A program made the translations under genes and the position numbers. DNA of 64,000 bases from Candidatus Latescibacterota bacterium (GTDB taxonomy: Bacteria > Latescibacterota > UBA2968 > GCA-2709665): the NCBI GenBank assembly GCA_965205485.1, contig OZ242180.1, positions 2,016,001-2,080,000 on the forward strand, written 5' to 3'. This document shows positions 9,120-18,547 of the stretch, in pieces. The number at the start of each line of letters is the position of its first letter. The first letter of the stretch is position 1. The notes beneath the pieces were generated by a model. It had not been told where the DNA came from and did no database searches. It saw nothing but the letters and a program-made list of their open reading frames with translations.

Positions 9120-11431
9120 CCGGATCTCCTCGGTTGAAACGTCTGTCCGCCCCCGTTCGCGTTTCCGGGGACGCCTGCAATACGAGAAAACGGGGGTTGC
9201 CGCGCCAGCGGTCGACGCCGGTCAGACGAAGTTGAAGCGCGTCGCCCGCATTCATGGGGCCGTGAGCATGGACCCGGGTTTTGATGGGAAACGCCTCGAG
9301 TTCAACCAGGGTGCCGTTGCGCCCGGTATGTAGTACGACCGCGGAAAAAACCCGGTCCGCTGATGCCGCAAGCTGTTTCAGAATCATGAAGCGCTCGCGA
9401 CGGAAGCGCAGCTTCGCGTGGCGCGCGTTTTCCTCGTGTGCTCGAAACCGGAGGGGATCGAGTTCAGCGGCGGAATAAAGGGGTTCGCCGGTTTTCAGAT
9501 GATGGACGATCTGTCTCTGGATCATCAGGTCCACGTAACGGTCTCCGGGCGCCACGGCTGCGCAGCGTGCGCGAATCCCAAGGCCGTAATGTGTGCCGGG
9601 TTCGGTGCTGTATGCCGGGTATGGGGTCCGACGGCGGACTTCGTGACGGCGCACGACGGGATGTCGGATCTCCTCGAGTTCCCGGCGGTCTTCGACGGCA
9701 TCCTGGACAATGAAAACGGCGGGGATCTTGTGATGCACGCACCACTCTACCGGTTTCGACGGCGGCAAGCATGGCCATTTCGTCGTGAATTCCGGCTGCG
9801 CGGTCTGCCGGGCCCGTGTGGTGGACGACGATCCCCTTGCTTCCGGCCCTGACCCGCACGCGGCCGAAATTCTCAAACGCCCCGTTACCGCTGCGTTCTT
9901 CACGGAGGGTGTTGGCGACGTCGTTCAGGAGTCGCACGGTTCCGGCGAGGGAATGGCGTTGCCCCTCAACCATCCTGTCGACCTCATCGTTGGAAAGACG
10001 GGTCCGCAATTTGATCGCAGAGCGGACGATGCGGAGTTCTCCGATATTCAGATTTCGATCGAGCCTCCACAGCAGGCTCAGCGCCGGTCGATGCTGATGC
10101 ACGCTGAATCTGCAGATGTCGTCTGCGAATCGCGGCGGCAGCATGGTCAGTGACAGGTCGGACAGCCGGAGCGTTGCGAGCCTGTCGGACGCATTTCTGT
10201 CCAGCGCGGATCCCGCGGGTATGCAGGCGGCAATATCCGGAACGTGGATACCGAGTTCGTATCCTCCCCGCCAACGGCGTCTGAGCGAGAAAGCGAGTTC
10301 AGGCTGGTCGTCGGAATCGGTCTGCAGGGCGAAAAACGCGCGCCGGAGTCTTCGACGGCCTTTCAATATTCGCGACAGGTCGAATTCGTCGGCCTCTTTC
10401 AGGACGTCGGCAGGAAAATCAAGTGCGAGACCCGAGCGGAGGAGATCCAGATTTTCGTCGGGGTCCCAGATGCGTTTCCCGACCATCAGTTCGAATGCGT
10501 ACAGCTGAAGGTTTCCTTTCCCTGCAGCTGTTTGACGGAGCATCTCCCGGGTGCGCCCGCCCGCGTCCGCATCGGATCCCCACAGCGCGTAGCGTTTGAC
10601 CTGCTCGAGCCATTGGCGCTGCCTTCCCGTAAGTGTCTCCGGATCGTAGACTTCTTCGTCGCGCCCAAGCCAGTAGAGAAATTCCTCCCGTTCGTGGCTT
10701 ATTTTCTGCCTTCCCGCGAGTTGGTCTCTTCGGTTCTTGACTTCGTTTTCTTCGAGCGGACGACAGGCGTCCAATCGGGTCCGTATGAAGTACGGGCAGG
10801 CGGAATCGAGGTGAATGTAGAGCGCAAGCCAGCATGAGGGATCGGGATCGTCGCCCCAGTAGAGCGCGCCGATATCCGGGATTTCCATAACGGAGTGGTC
10901 GTCCTTGAAAGCGTGCCAGACTTCTCCGAGATCGATGTGCTTCGCCAGCGCGCGCACCGACGCCCCGTAGGTTCTGAGGAAGTCGCGATTGTCCTTGACG
11001 CCGACGCCGGATAGGTATACCAGGGATTTTCTCCGAATGACGAGGCGCCTCCCGTCCTCCGCGACAACGCAGATCCGGTTTCCCCAGATCCAATGAGAAT
11101 AGGTTCCCAGCATCAGACGCTTGCGGTACAGAAAGAGCACGATCTCTCCGGTTACCGTTTCGGACGATCGTTCCCTTGCTGAAGGCGATTGTGGCAGACG
11201 CAGTTCGCGCCACCTGCGTCGGACCGCGGGATGGGATGTCTTCCTTCCTCGGCGGGAACGTGACGACGGCCCTGATTCTTTCATGCGCCCGACGTAGTGC
11301 TCGTCGGGCACATTGCGGCCGTCGCGGCGAAGGACATAACCGTAAAAGCGATCAACAAAGTTGGCGTAATAATAGATGAATCGATTCGCAACCGTGATTT
11401 CCTTCGGCGGAATTTTCACGATGGACCTCAT
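9109..11431 (-). pseudogene. RNase II/R (RNB-domain) homologue with degenerate active site; 1-nt frameshift near 9747; start uncertain (11431 or 11284)
   Basis: ELGIHVPDIAA...GSALDRNA...MLP...RPALS, then in the second frame HYGLG...RYVDLMIQRQI and an S1-like tail; catalytic DxxxxxDxDD replaced by QTDSDDQPEL. Confidence 0.75.
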
Positions 11432-11518
11432 TCGAAAGACGTTTCAGGCGCGAGGCGAGCGGCAGACGGATGCCTCCTCGCGGGCAGAGCAGCCTTTTCC
11501 GCTGGCCGCTATGGGCTA

Positions 11519-11860
11519 TCAGTGGGCTTGCAGGCGTTTTTTCAGGAGGGCCAGGAATTCCTCCTGGCTGTCCAGGTTGCGTTTCGCCGTTTCGACAATC
11601 GTCCGCTGAAGTACCAGGCGTTTGCTTTCAATCGACGCGGCAGTGGTCGAGTCCAGACTCAGGGCGATGTTGTGCCGGATGTTGATTTCGAGGCTGTCCT
11701 GCAGCGTTTTCATACGCTTCTGTTCCGTTCGAAAGATCGCCCGCGCCTCGGCGACCTTCGTTTCCTGCGCGGCGATTTCAGTTTTCAGAAGCTCGGCGTC
11801 CCGGCCGCAGGCCGCGAGGGTCAACAGGGCAGCGAGGAGGAAGAGTCGGGTTCTTAACAT
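11519..11860 (-). CDS. Hypothetical lipoprotein, coiled-coil
   Basis: Signal peptide with lipobox LAA-C; helical heptad-rich body. Confidence 0.75.
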   Translation of the reverse strand: MLRTRLFLLAALLTLAACGRDAELLKTEIAAQETKVAEARAIFRTEQKRMKTLQDSLEINIRHNIALSLDSTTAASIESKRLVLQRTIVETAKRNLDSQEEFLALLKKRLQAH

Positions 11861-11956
11861 ATGACTCCCGCGGTATCGATGCGGACAAAGTTAACAATGG
11901 GCGCCCGGAATTGCCGCACCTCATACGGCGCCTGCGGCGCGGATGCGGATTTCCGG

Positions 11957-13429
11957 TTATTCGATGATCTGTTCGCCCGACGATTCGGCCCGGGTGATGT
12001 GACGCCGGATCAGGCGCCGGGCCCGGTAGGTCTTTACGTAGCGCAGCCAGCCGCGTTTGATCTGCTGGTGGGGCGCGGTATCAATTTCAATCGTATCGCC
12101 CCAGTTCAGAACCGAGAAGCGCGATGCGGGTTTCCCGTTGATCCGGCCCCCGATGCAGTGGAGGCCGAGGTCCGTATGGACGGCAAATGCGAAATCGGTG
12201 AGGGTGGCGCCCTCGGGCAGGATGATGGGATCGCCGTTGGGTGTGAAAACGGCCATTTCATGGACAAAGAGCATGCGTTTGACTTCGTCCAGGAAGTGGA
12301 CCCCGGCCCCGCCGTGCTCGTGCCATTCGGCAAGTTCCTGAAGCCAGCGGGTTCTCCGCTCTTCCTGGAGTTGCCCGCCGCGCAGGGTCGCAACGCCCAG
12401 TTCACCCATTCTGTACATGGATGGCGTCTGGACTGCAACTTCAAAACGCTGCCCCTTGTGGATGACCGTTGTCTGCAGCGCCTGATAGCCGTTTCGTTTG
12501 GGCAGGGCGATAAAGTCCTTTATTCCATCCATTAAGGGGGTGAAGCTGTGATGGATGATACCCAGTGTTCTGTAGCAGGTGTAACGATTGGACGTGATGA
12601 CAACGATGGTGTACCGGTCGTGCACGTTCTCCACCGGGAGGTGTGACTCTCGGGAACCCGCGCCCGTGGCTTTGCCGTAGATGCTTCTCAGGCTCTTCGA
12701 TTGAAGTCGGATGCGTGTGCGTATACCGTTGTTGGTGACAATATTGCGCATCTCCGCCTGGAAATCCAGATAGGATTGCGGCGGACCGCCCCGCATGAGG
12801 CTGACAAGCTGCTGGTGGATTCTGGGGTGCAGGCAGCCGAAGCTTCGGTCTTCCAGTTCCCTGCGAATTCGGTCCATGCCCAGCAGGCGGGAGAGCGGCG
12901 CGTAGACGTCGATGGTTTCCTGTGCAATCCGGTTTTGGCGCCTGGTATCCTTGATGCCCGCGATGCTGCGCATGTTGTGCACGCGGTCGGCCAGTTTCAG
13001 AATGAGTACCCGCGGGTCCCGGTGTGCGGCGGTGAAGAGACGCTGGAGCGTTGCGGACCGGCGGGCGGATCGGCTGCGTGTGCTGGATTCGTCCACTTTG
13101 GTTACGCCCTTCACCAGTTCGGTCACTCCGGCGCCGAACGTGGGAAGGATGTCCTCGTCGGGGGTCAGGACGGAGTCTTCCGCGGCATCGTGGAGCAGGG
13201 CGGCGGATATCATATCCGTGTCTCTGGCGAAGCCGAGTTCGGACGCCAGGATGAGCGCCACGGCGATGGGATGGGTGATGAACGGCTGGCCCTCGTCGCG
13301 ATGCTGTCCCTCGTGGCTTGCGTTGGCGAGGTGATACGCATGCCCGATCAGCGGATGGTTTATCTGCGGCACCTGCGCCAGCAGCTTCGCCAGGGGCTCC
13401 TTGATGGATGTCAGGCCATGAGGATTCAA
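11957..13429 (-). CDS. RelA/SpoT homologue: intact HD hydrolase, degenerate synthetase, TGS domain, no ZFD/ACT
   Basis: ITHP / LLHDAAED / KLADRVHN intact; FTPNGD...LPEGAT..DFAFAVHTDLG TGS; synthetase motifs altered. Confidence 0.88.
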   Translation of the reverse strand: MNPHGLTSIKEPLAKLLAQVPQINHPLIGHAYHLANASHEGQHRDEGQPFITHPIAVALILASELGFARDTDMISAALLHDAAEDSVLTPDEDILPTFGAGVTELVKGVTKVDESSTRSRSARRSATLQRLFTAAHRDPRVLILKLADRVHNMRSIAGIKDTRRQNRIAQETIDVYAPLSRLLGMDRIRRELEDRSFGCLHPRIHQQLVSLMRGGPPQSYLDFQAEMRNIVTNNGIRTRIRLQSKSLRSIYGKATGAGSRESHLPVENVHDRYTIVVITSNRYTCYRTLGIIHHSFTPLMDGIKDFIALPKRNGYQALQTTVIHKGQRFEVAVQTPSMYRMGELGVATLRGGQLQEERRTRWLQELAEWHEHGGAGVHFLDEVKRMLFVHEMAVFTPNGDPIILPEGATLTDFAFAVHTDLGLHCIGGRINGKPASRFSVLNWGDTIEIDTAPHQQIKRGWLRYVKTYRARRLIRRHITRAESSGEQIIE

Positions 13430-16284
13430 TGGTCCGTCCCGTTCATATCTTCAAACCAGTCGGCGATCGCGCCGATCATTTCTTCCCGGGTGTTGAAAGC
13501 GTGATGTCCCACGGGCAGGGCCTCCAGAAACGCGCGGCCGTATCGGGTGCTCAGCACCCTGCTGTCCAGCACGACGACCGCACCCCGGTCGGTCTTGTTG
13601 CGGATGAGCCGCCCGAAGCCCTGCCGGAACTTCAGGATGGCTTCCGGTACGGAATAATTCAGGAACGGATTTTTCCCTTGTTTTTCCAGTTCCTCGATAT
13701 GCGCCGCCACAAGGGGTTCGGACGGCACGGCGAAAGGCAGGCGTACGATGCCCAGAACCTGGAGCGCGTTGCCGGGTACGTCGATGCCTTCCCAGAAGCT
13801 GTCGGTTCCCAGAAGCATGGCGGTTTCTTCGAGTTTGAACCGGTCGGTGATATTCGTTCGGGAGCCGTCAATCCCCTGTCCGAGTACGAGTACGCCGTTG
13901 GAGCGCAGGTCCGTCTTGATGGCATCGTACGTCCGGTTCAGCATGCCGTACGAGGTGAAAAGGGCGAGGGTACCCCGCTTGGTCTTCAACATCAGTTGAT
14001 GCAGCACGTCGGCGACGGCCTCCTGATATTCCGCGGATTTGGGCGACGGCATGAAACGCGGCGTACACACGAGCGCCTGTTTCCCATAGTCGAAAGGGGA
14101 GCCCAGGCAAAGGGTCTGAAGCCGGGTTTCGGGCATGGATTCCAGGCCCATGCGACGGAGAAAATAGGTCAGTTTACCCCGGATACCCAGCGTGGCGGAC
14201 GTGAATACGATTGAAGACTTGCCCTCGTACAGCCCGCCGTTCAACGTCTCCGAAACATCCAGCGGAGCGGAAAAGAGGCGGGTGTCGGCGCTCTTGTCCG
14301 TCGCTGGCAATTCGAGCCAGTAAACGGCGTTTTCATCGCTGGCGGAGACGAGGTCATTCAGGTCCTCCAGAACGGTCTGGGCGGTCTCGATGCAACCGCC
14401 AAGTTCGTTGCAGATCTCGTCCTGGTTGACAAACATGTCACCGGGCAGGTCTCGAAGCCAGTCTGAGAGGTCCCTGAGACGGCTGCATAGCGCGCCCAGG
14501 GCATGCGAAAACGGGTCCAGCGATTCCGTCAGGGCGTCGAAGGTGGATTCGCCCGGCCGATAGCGGATCTTCTCTCTGTACGCGCTTCCTGGCCTCCCTG
14601 TCTGTTGCACGAGGTGCTGCGTAAGGTCTTCAAAAAAGGCCCTGGCACGTAGCCACAGGTCCTCCGTCGCGGCCGTCGCGGATTTGATTCCGGCGTCAAA
14701 GGCCCTGACCGTTGCCGGATCCGGATCTGCGGCCGCAATCCAGTGTCTCAGGGCCGGCAGCGTACCCGCGTCCGACGAACCGGGTCCGCACAACGGGTTG
14801 GTGATATTCCTGACCCGCCAGATGCTGAGTTCCTTGCCCAGGTAGTGCGCGGCGACTTTCTCAAGGTTGTGCGCTTCGTCCAGGACCAGGTGCGAGTACT
14901 CGCCAAGGATCGCGTTTTCGGTGACAAGATCGGAGAAGAGCAATGAATGATTGATTACCACCAGATGCGCTCTTGCGGAGGTTCTGCGGATGTTGTTCGC
15001 AAAGCACCGCCCGTTATTGCGGCAACGCTGGCTGCGGCAGAAACCCGGATCGGAGCAGATTTTGGCCCACAGGCTTGCGTGGCGCGCCGGATTGAATCCG
15101 GTATTCTCGGTGATGTCTCCCGAGCGGGTCGTTTCCGCCCACAGCACGAGGGGTAGCGCGCCGATGCGTTCGTTCGGGGTGAGGCTGGCGTCCGGGTTGT
15201 TCAGTACGGACTCCCACCTGTTAAGGCAGATGTAGTTGTTCCTGCCCTTGAGCAGGGCGTAGCGGAACGGTACGTCCAGGATTGACGCGAGTGCGGGCAG
15301 GTCATTGAAGAAGAGCTGTTCCTGGAGGTTTTTGGTATTAGTCGATACGATGAATCGGACATTGTTTCGTACCGCATAGAGTATGGACGGTGCGAGGTAT
15401 GCGATGGATTTTCCCACGCCCGTGCCGGCTTCCACGGCCAGGTGCCGGCCGTTGTTGATGGCGACGGTAACTGCACGCGCCATTTCGACCTGCTGGGGCC
15501 GGTATTCATACCCGGAGATGCCGTCATCGAAGCAGCCGCCGGGCTCCAGCATGTGGCTGACCGCCTTGACGTCAAGCGGCTGATCGGATGGTTCGCCCTG
15601 GGTCTGGTGCTTCTCGCCGGCGGCATTGAAAAGCGTCCCGTCCGGCAGCCGGCCCCCCGGTTTCGAACTCAGGAATTCCTTTCTTGCGCCTTCGTTCGCC
15701 AATTCGACCAGGACGGGAAGCAGGCCCGATCCGGAACCCTGCAGCAATCGAAGCATCTGCTGTTTCAATTGCAGGGATACGGATTGGAGCACTTCTACGA
15801 GATTGAGGTAGATCCCAGCCAGGGTTTCCGCGTCGGTCAGGGCTTTATGGGGCGTGTCGCAATGTACGGAGAAGTGTCCGGCCAGAGTCTCAACGCGATG
15901 ATCGTGGAGGGTGGGGAGGGTGGCGCGTGCGAGTTCGCGGACGCTGTGCACCGAGTTCTCAATAGGGGAATCGCCGGCAGCGTCGAGAAAACGGGATTCA
16001 AAGCGGCCCTGGTGGGCAATGAGCGGCATGTCGGCCACGAAACTCCGGAAACCACCGATGACGGGGTCGATCGGCGGCGCTCCCCGGACAGTCTCTGTTG
16101 TTATTCCGGTGAGGCGGACGGTCTCGTCCGGGATGTCGCCCACGGGTTTGACATAAGTCTGGAATCGGTCGACGATCCGGCCGTTTTCCACCCGAACCGC
16201 GCCGATTTCCAGGATTTCGGCGTCCGGGGGTTCGAGCCCGGAGGTTTCGAGGTCGATGGCGATGAATGAATCAAGTATGGACAT
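13426..16284 (-). CDS. dinG: DinG-family helicase fused to an N-terminal DEDDh (DnaQ-like) exonuclease domain
   Basis: IDLETSG and HKALTDA exonuclease motifs; EAGTGVGKS Walker A; Fe-S cysteines; LDEAHN; FWEGIDVPG; QGFGRLIR. Confidence 0.9.
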   Translation of the reverse strand: MSILDSFIAIDLETSGLEPPDAEILEIGAVRVENGRIVDRFQTYVKPVGDIPDETVRLTGITTETVRGAPPIDPVIGGFRSFVADMPLIAHQGRFESRFLDAAGDSPIENSVHSVRELARATLPTLHDHRVETLAGHFSVHCDTPHKALTDAETLAGIYLNLVEVLQSVSLQLKQQMLRLLQGSGSGLLPVLVELANEGARKEFLSSKPGGRLPDGTLFNAAGEKHQTQGEPSDQPLDVKAVSHMLEPGGCFDDGISGYEYRPQQVEMARAVTVAINNGRHLAVEAGTGVGKSIAYLAPSILYAVRNNVRFIVSTNTKNLQEQLFFNDLPALASILDVPFRYALLKGRNNYICLNRWESVLNNPDASLTPNERIGALPLVLWAETTRSGDITENTGFNPARHASLWAKICSDPGFCRSQRCRNNGRCFANNIRRTSARAHLVVINHSLLFSDLVTENAILGEYSHLVLDEAHNLEKVAAHYLGKELSIWRVRNITNPLCGPGSSDAGTLPALRHWIAAADPDPATVRAFDAGIKSATAATEDLWLRARAFFEDLTQHLVQQTGRPGSAYREKIRYRPGESTFDALTESLDPFSHALGALCSRLRDLSDWLRDLPGDMFVNQDEICNELGGCIETAQTVLEDLNDLVSASDENAVYWLELPATDKSADTRLFSAPLDVSETLNGGLYEGKSSIVFTSATLGIRGKLTYFLRRMGLESMPETRLQTLCLGSPFDYGKQALVCTPRFMPSPKSAEYQEAVADVLHQLMLKTKRGTLALFTSYGMLNRTYDAIKTDLRSNGVLVLGQGIDGSRTNITDRFKLEETAMLLGTDSFWEGIDVPGNALQVLGIVRLPFAVPSEPLVAAHIEELEKQGKNPFLNYSVPEAILKFRQGFGRLIRNKTDRGAVVVLDSRVLSTRYGRAFLEALPVGHHAFNTREEMIGAIADWFEDMNGTDH

Positions 16285-16383
16285 GATTTCTGGCGCCGGC
16301 GATCAGATAACCGCCTGAGTTCGTTTGGGATTGCCGGGGACCGGCCGGACCGGCGGAAATGGGTGCGGAACGATGAATCCCCA

Positions 16384-16412
16384 TTGACAATACACTGCGG
16401 AAGCCCTATTAT
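16384..16412 (+). promoter_or_regulatory. sigma70-type promoter
   Basis: TTGACA-N17-TATTAT upstream of the 16481 ORF. Confidence 0.7.
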
Positions 16413-16480
16413 GAACGATCGAAAACACAGGGATATTTCGGGCTACGCGGTGGAATCCGTATTTACAGGGAGGTGCTGGC

Positions 16481-16672
16481 GTGTTCAAGGATAAGCAGAC
16501 CTTCGAGATCTCGCTGGAAACACACCAGAAAGCGTTTCTGGACGAAGTCGCCGCCCGATACCGTCTCGAAGACGCTTCCAAGGCCGTGCGCTGCCTGGTT
16601 AATTTTGCAATTGACGAGCCGGATGAGCAGGACCGTATTTTCGACGAAGTTCGTTGTCTGGATTGCGGCTGA
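16481..16672 (+). CDS. 63-aa protein, ribbon-helix-helix-like, with C-terminal CxxC
   Basis: GGAGG RBS, GTG start, own promoter; beta-strand (TFEISL) plus two helices; ends RCLDCG. Confidence 0.75.
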   Translation: MFKDKQTFEISLETHQKAFLDEVAARYRLEDASKAVRCLVNFAIDEPDEQDRIFDEVRCLDCG

Positions 16673-16949
16673 TAATTGCTACAACCGGATCAGCCGACCG
16701 GTGAAACCCGGTCGGCCGCGACGTGAATTTGATAATACATTATCCTACCTGTAATTTCAAGGGTAAATCGCGCGGAACCCACGTCGCTTTCGCGTGATTT
16801 CACTAATGCCGCAGGCGAGTCGGTGGGACAAAATGGCACGGGCTTCTTCTCCCGTCTCACCTCTACCGTCTCCCCGCATTCGGGCTTTTTGTGGCCAATT
16901 TAGCGGCTATCCCTTTTTCGAATTGGTACTGATATAAAAGGAGCGGATT

Positions 16950-17984
16950 ATGGAGGCGGTTGTCAAGACCAAACGGGGTGTTGGATTTCTGGAATTGCGG
17001 GACGTGCCGGAGCCCGAAATAACGGACGACGAGGTTCTTATAGAGATAAAGGCGGCAGGCATCTGCGGCACGGATGTACACGTGAAACACGATACGTTTC
17101 CTTACTGGCCGCCAGTGATCCTGGGCCATGAGTTTTCGGGCGAAATCGTGGAGACCGGGAGATCGGTATCGGATTGGAAGGTGGGCGACCGCGTGGTTGG
17201 CGAGCCGCATACGTTGCACTGCGGCAAGTGTTTCCTGTGTCGAAAGGGACACATTCAGAACTGTCTTGTGAAACGGTCTCCCGGCTGGGGAATCGATGGC
17301 GCTTTTACGAGGTATCTGAAATACCCCACCAATCTGTTGCACCGGATTCCGGACCATATGAGTTTCGAGCAGGGCGCGCTGGTTGAACCGGCGGCCAATA
17401 CGGTTACGGATATCATCGATCGACAGGCCATTGAGGTGGGCGATTTCGTCGTGGTTCTTGGGCCGGGGCCCATCGGCCTTCTGGCCGCCCAGGTTGCCCG
17501 GGTGGCGGGCGCGCGCGAAGTAATGATCGTAGGCGCGCCGGCGGACGAGGAACTGCGCCTGGCGACGGCGCGAAGGCTGGGCGTCGAGCACGTGGTGAAT
17601 TTCGCGGAAGCGGATCCGGTTGAGCGCTGCCTGGAATTGACCGGCGGGAAAGGGGCGGACCTGGTGATCGAGTGCTCGGGCGCCCCTCCGGCCATCGCCC
17701 AGGCGGTCGATCTCGTATGCAAGTGGGGCCGGATTTGCGGCATCGGCCTTACCGGCAAGCGACCCGTGCAACTGGACTGGGACGCGGCCATGACCAAGGT
17801 CGTCACGCTCTATTTCAACATGTCCACCGAATACGCGAGTTGGGACAAAACCATCTGGATGATTGCCGATGGCAAGATCGACGTGGACCCGATCATCACC
17901 CACCGGCTGCCCCTTCGGGATTGGGAGAGAGGGTTTGCGGCCGCCGAGAATATGGAGGCCTTAAAGGTCGTCTTCACGCCTTGA
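16950..17984 (+). CDS. Zinc-dependent alcohol/sugar-alcohol dehydrogenase (MDR family)
   Basis: GICGTD, GHEFSG, CGKCFLC...C structural Zn site, GPGPIG. Confidence 0.92.
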   Translation: MEAVVKTKRGVGFLELRDVPEPEITDDEVLIEIKAAGICGTDVHVKHDTFPYWPPVILGHEFSGEIVETGRSVSDWKVGDRVVGEPHTLHCGKCFLCRKGHIQNCLVKRSPGWGIDGAFTRYLKYPTNLLHRIPDHMSFEQGALVEPAANTVTDIIDRQAIEVGDFVVVLGPGPIGLLAAQVARVAGAREVMIVGAPADEELRLATARRLGVEHVVNFAEADPVERCLELTGGKGADLVIECSGAPPAIAQAVDLVCKWGRICGIGLTGKRPVQLDWDAAMTKVVTLYFNMSTEYASWDKTIWMIADGKIDVDPIITHRLPLRDWERGFAAAENMEALKVVFTP

Positions 17985-18170
17985 ATTGATCCCGGCGCCA
18001 GCCAGCAGACGTGAAACTGCCCGCCGCCGCGGTGTGGCGTGTTTCACGTTTTTTTTGCGATAACAGCCGGTACGGATCCGATCGGGTATCGAAGACTTCG
18101 GGAAGACGGAATTCGTACCCACGGGCCGGTCGCCGGTGGGTTCCGGGACCTCCTCTCGGGCCGCAATATC

Positions 18171-18199
18171 TTGACGTCCGATTGAGAATTCTGTAAGTT
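18171..18199 (+). promoter_or_regulatory. sigma70-type promoter
   Basis: TTGACG-N17-TAAGTT upstream of DUF2905-queA. Confidence 0.5.
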
Positions 18200-18224
18200 T
18201 TCACCTCTCTGAAGGGTCGTCGCC

Positions 18225-18449
18225 ATGAGCGAGTTTTCCGGCTTCGGCAGGGTCCTGATGATTGTTGGGATTCTTCTGTTTTCAGTGGGCTTTGTGCTCT
18301 GGATCGGAGACAGGATTCCATTTGCGGGGCGGTTGCCGGGAGATATCGTCGTTCGCCGGGAGGGTTTCAGGCTCTACTTTCCGATCGTGACCTGCATCGT
18401 GGTCAGCGTCGTCCTTACGCTCGTGCTGAACCTGATTTCCCGGCGGTGA
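18225..18449 (+). CDS. DUF2905 family membrane protein
   Basis: GRLPGDIVV...FRLYFPIVTCIVVSVVLT; usual neighbour of queA. Confidence 0.88.
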   Translation: MSEFSGFGRVLMIVGILLFSVGFVLWIGDRIPFAGRLPGDIVVRREGFRLYFPIVTCIVVSVVLTLVLNLISRR

Positions 18450-18547
18450 CCTGAATCGAGCGAATCCACCTTTAGGGACGCCTCCTGAAATCCAGCTGTA
18501 CGCCTGCATTCCTGTCCGGGCATTCCTGACTCCGGACATCGGGTTCA

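Noticed and set aside
16834..16850. sigma54 promoter TGGCACG before the Zn dehydrogenase
   Set aside because: The -12 TTGC element is missing at the required spacing
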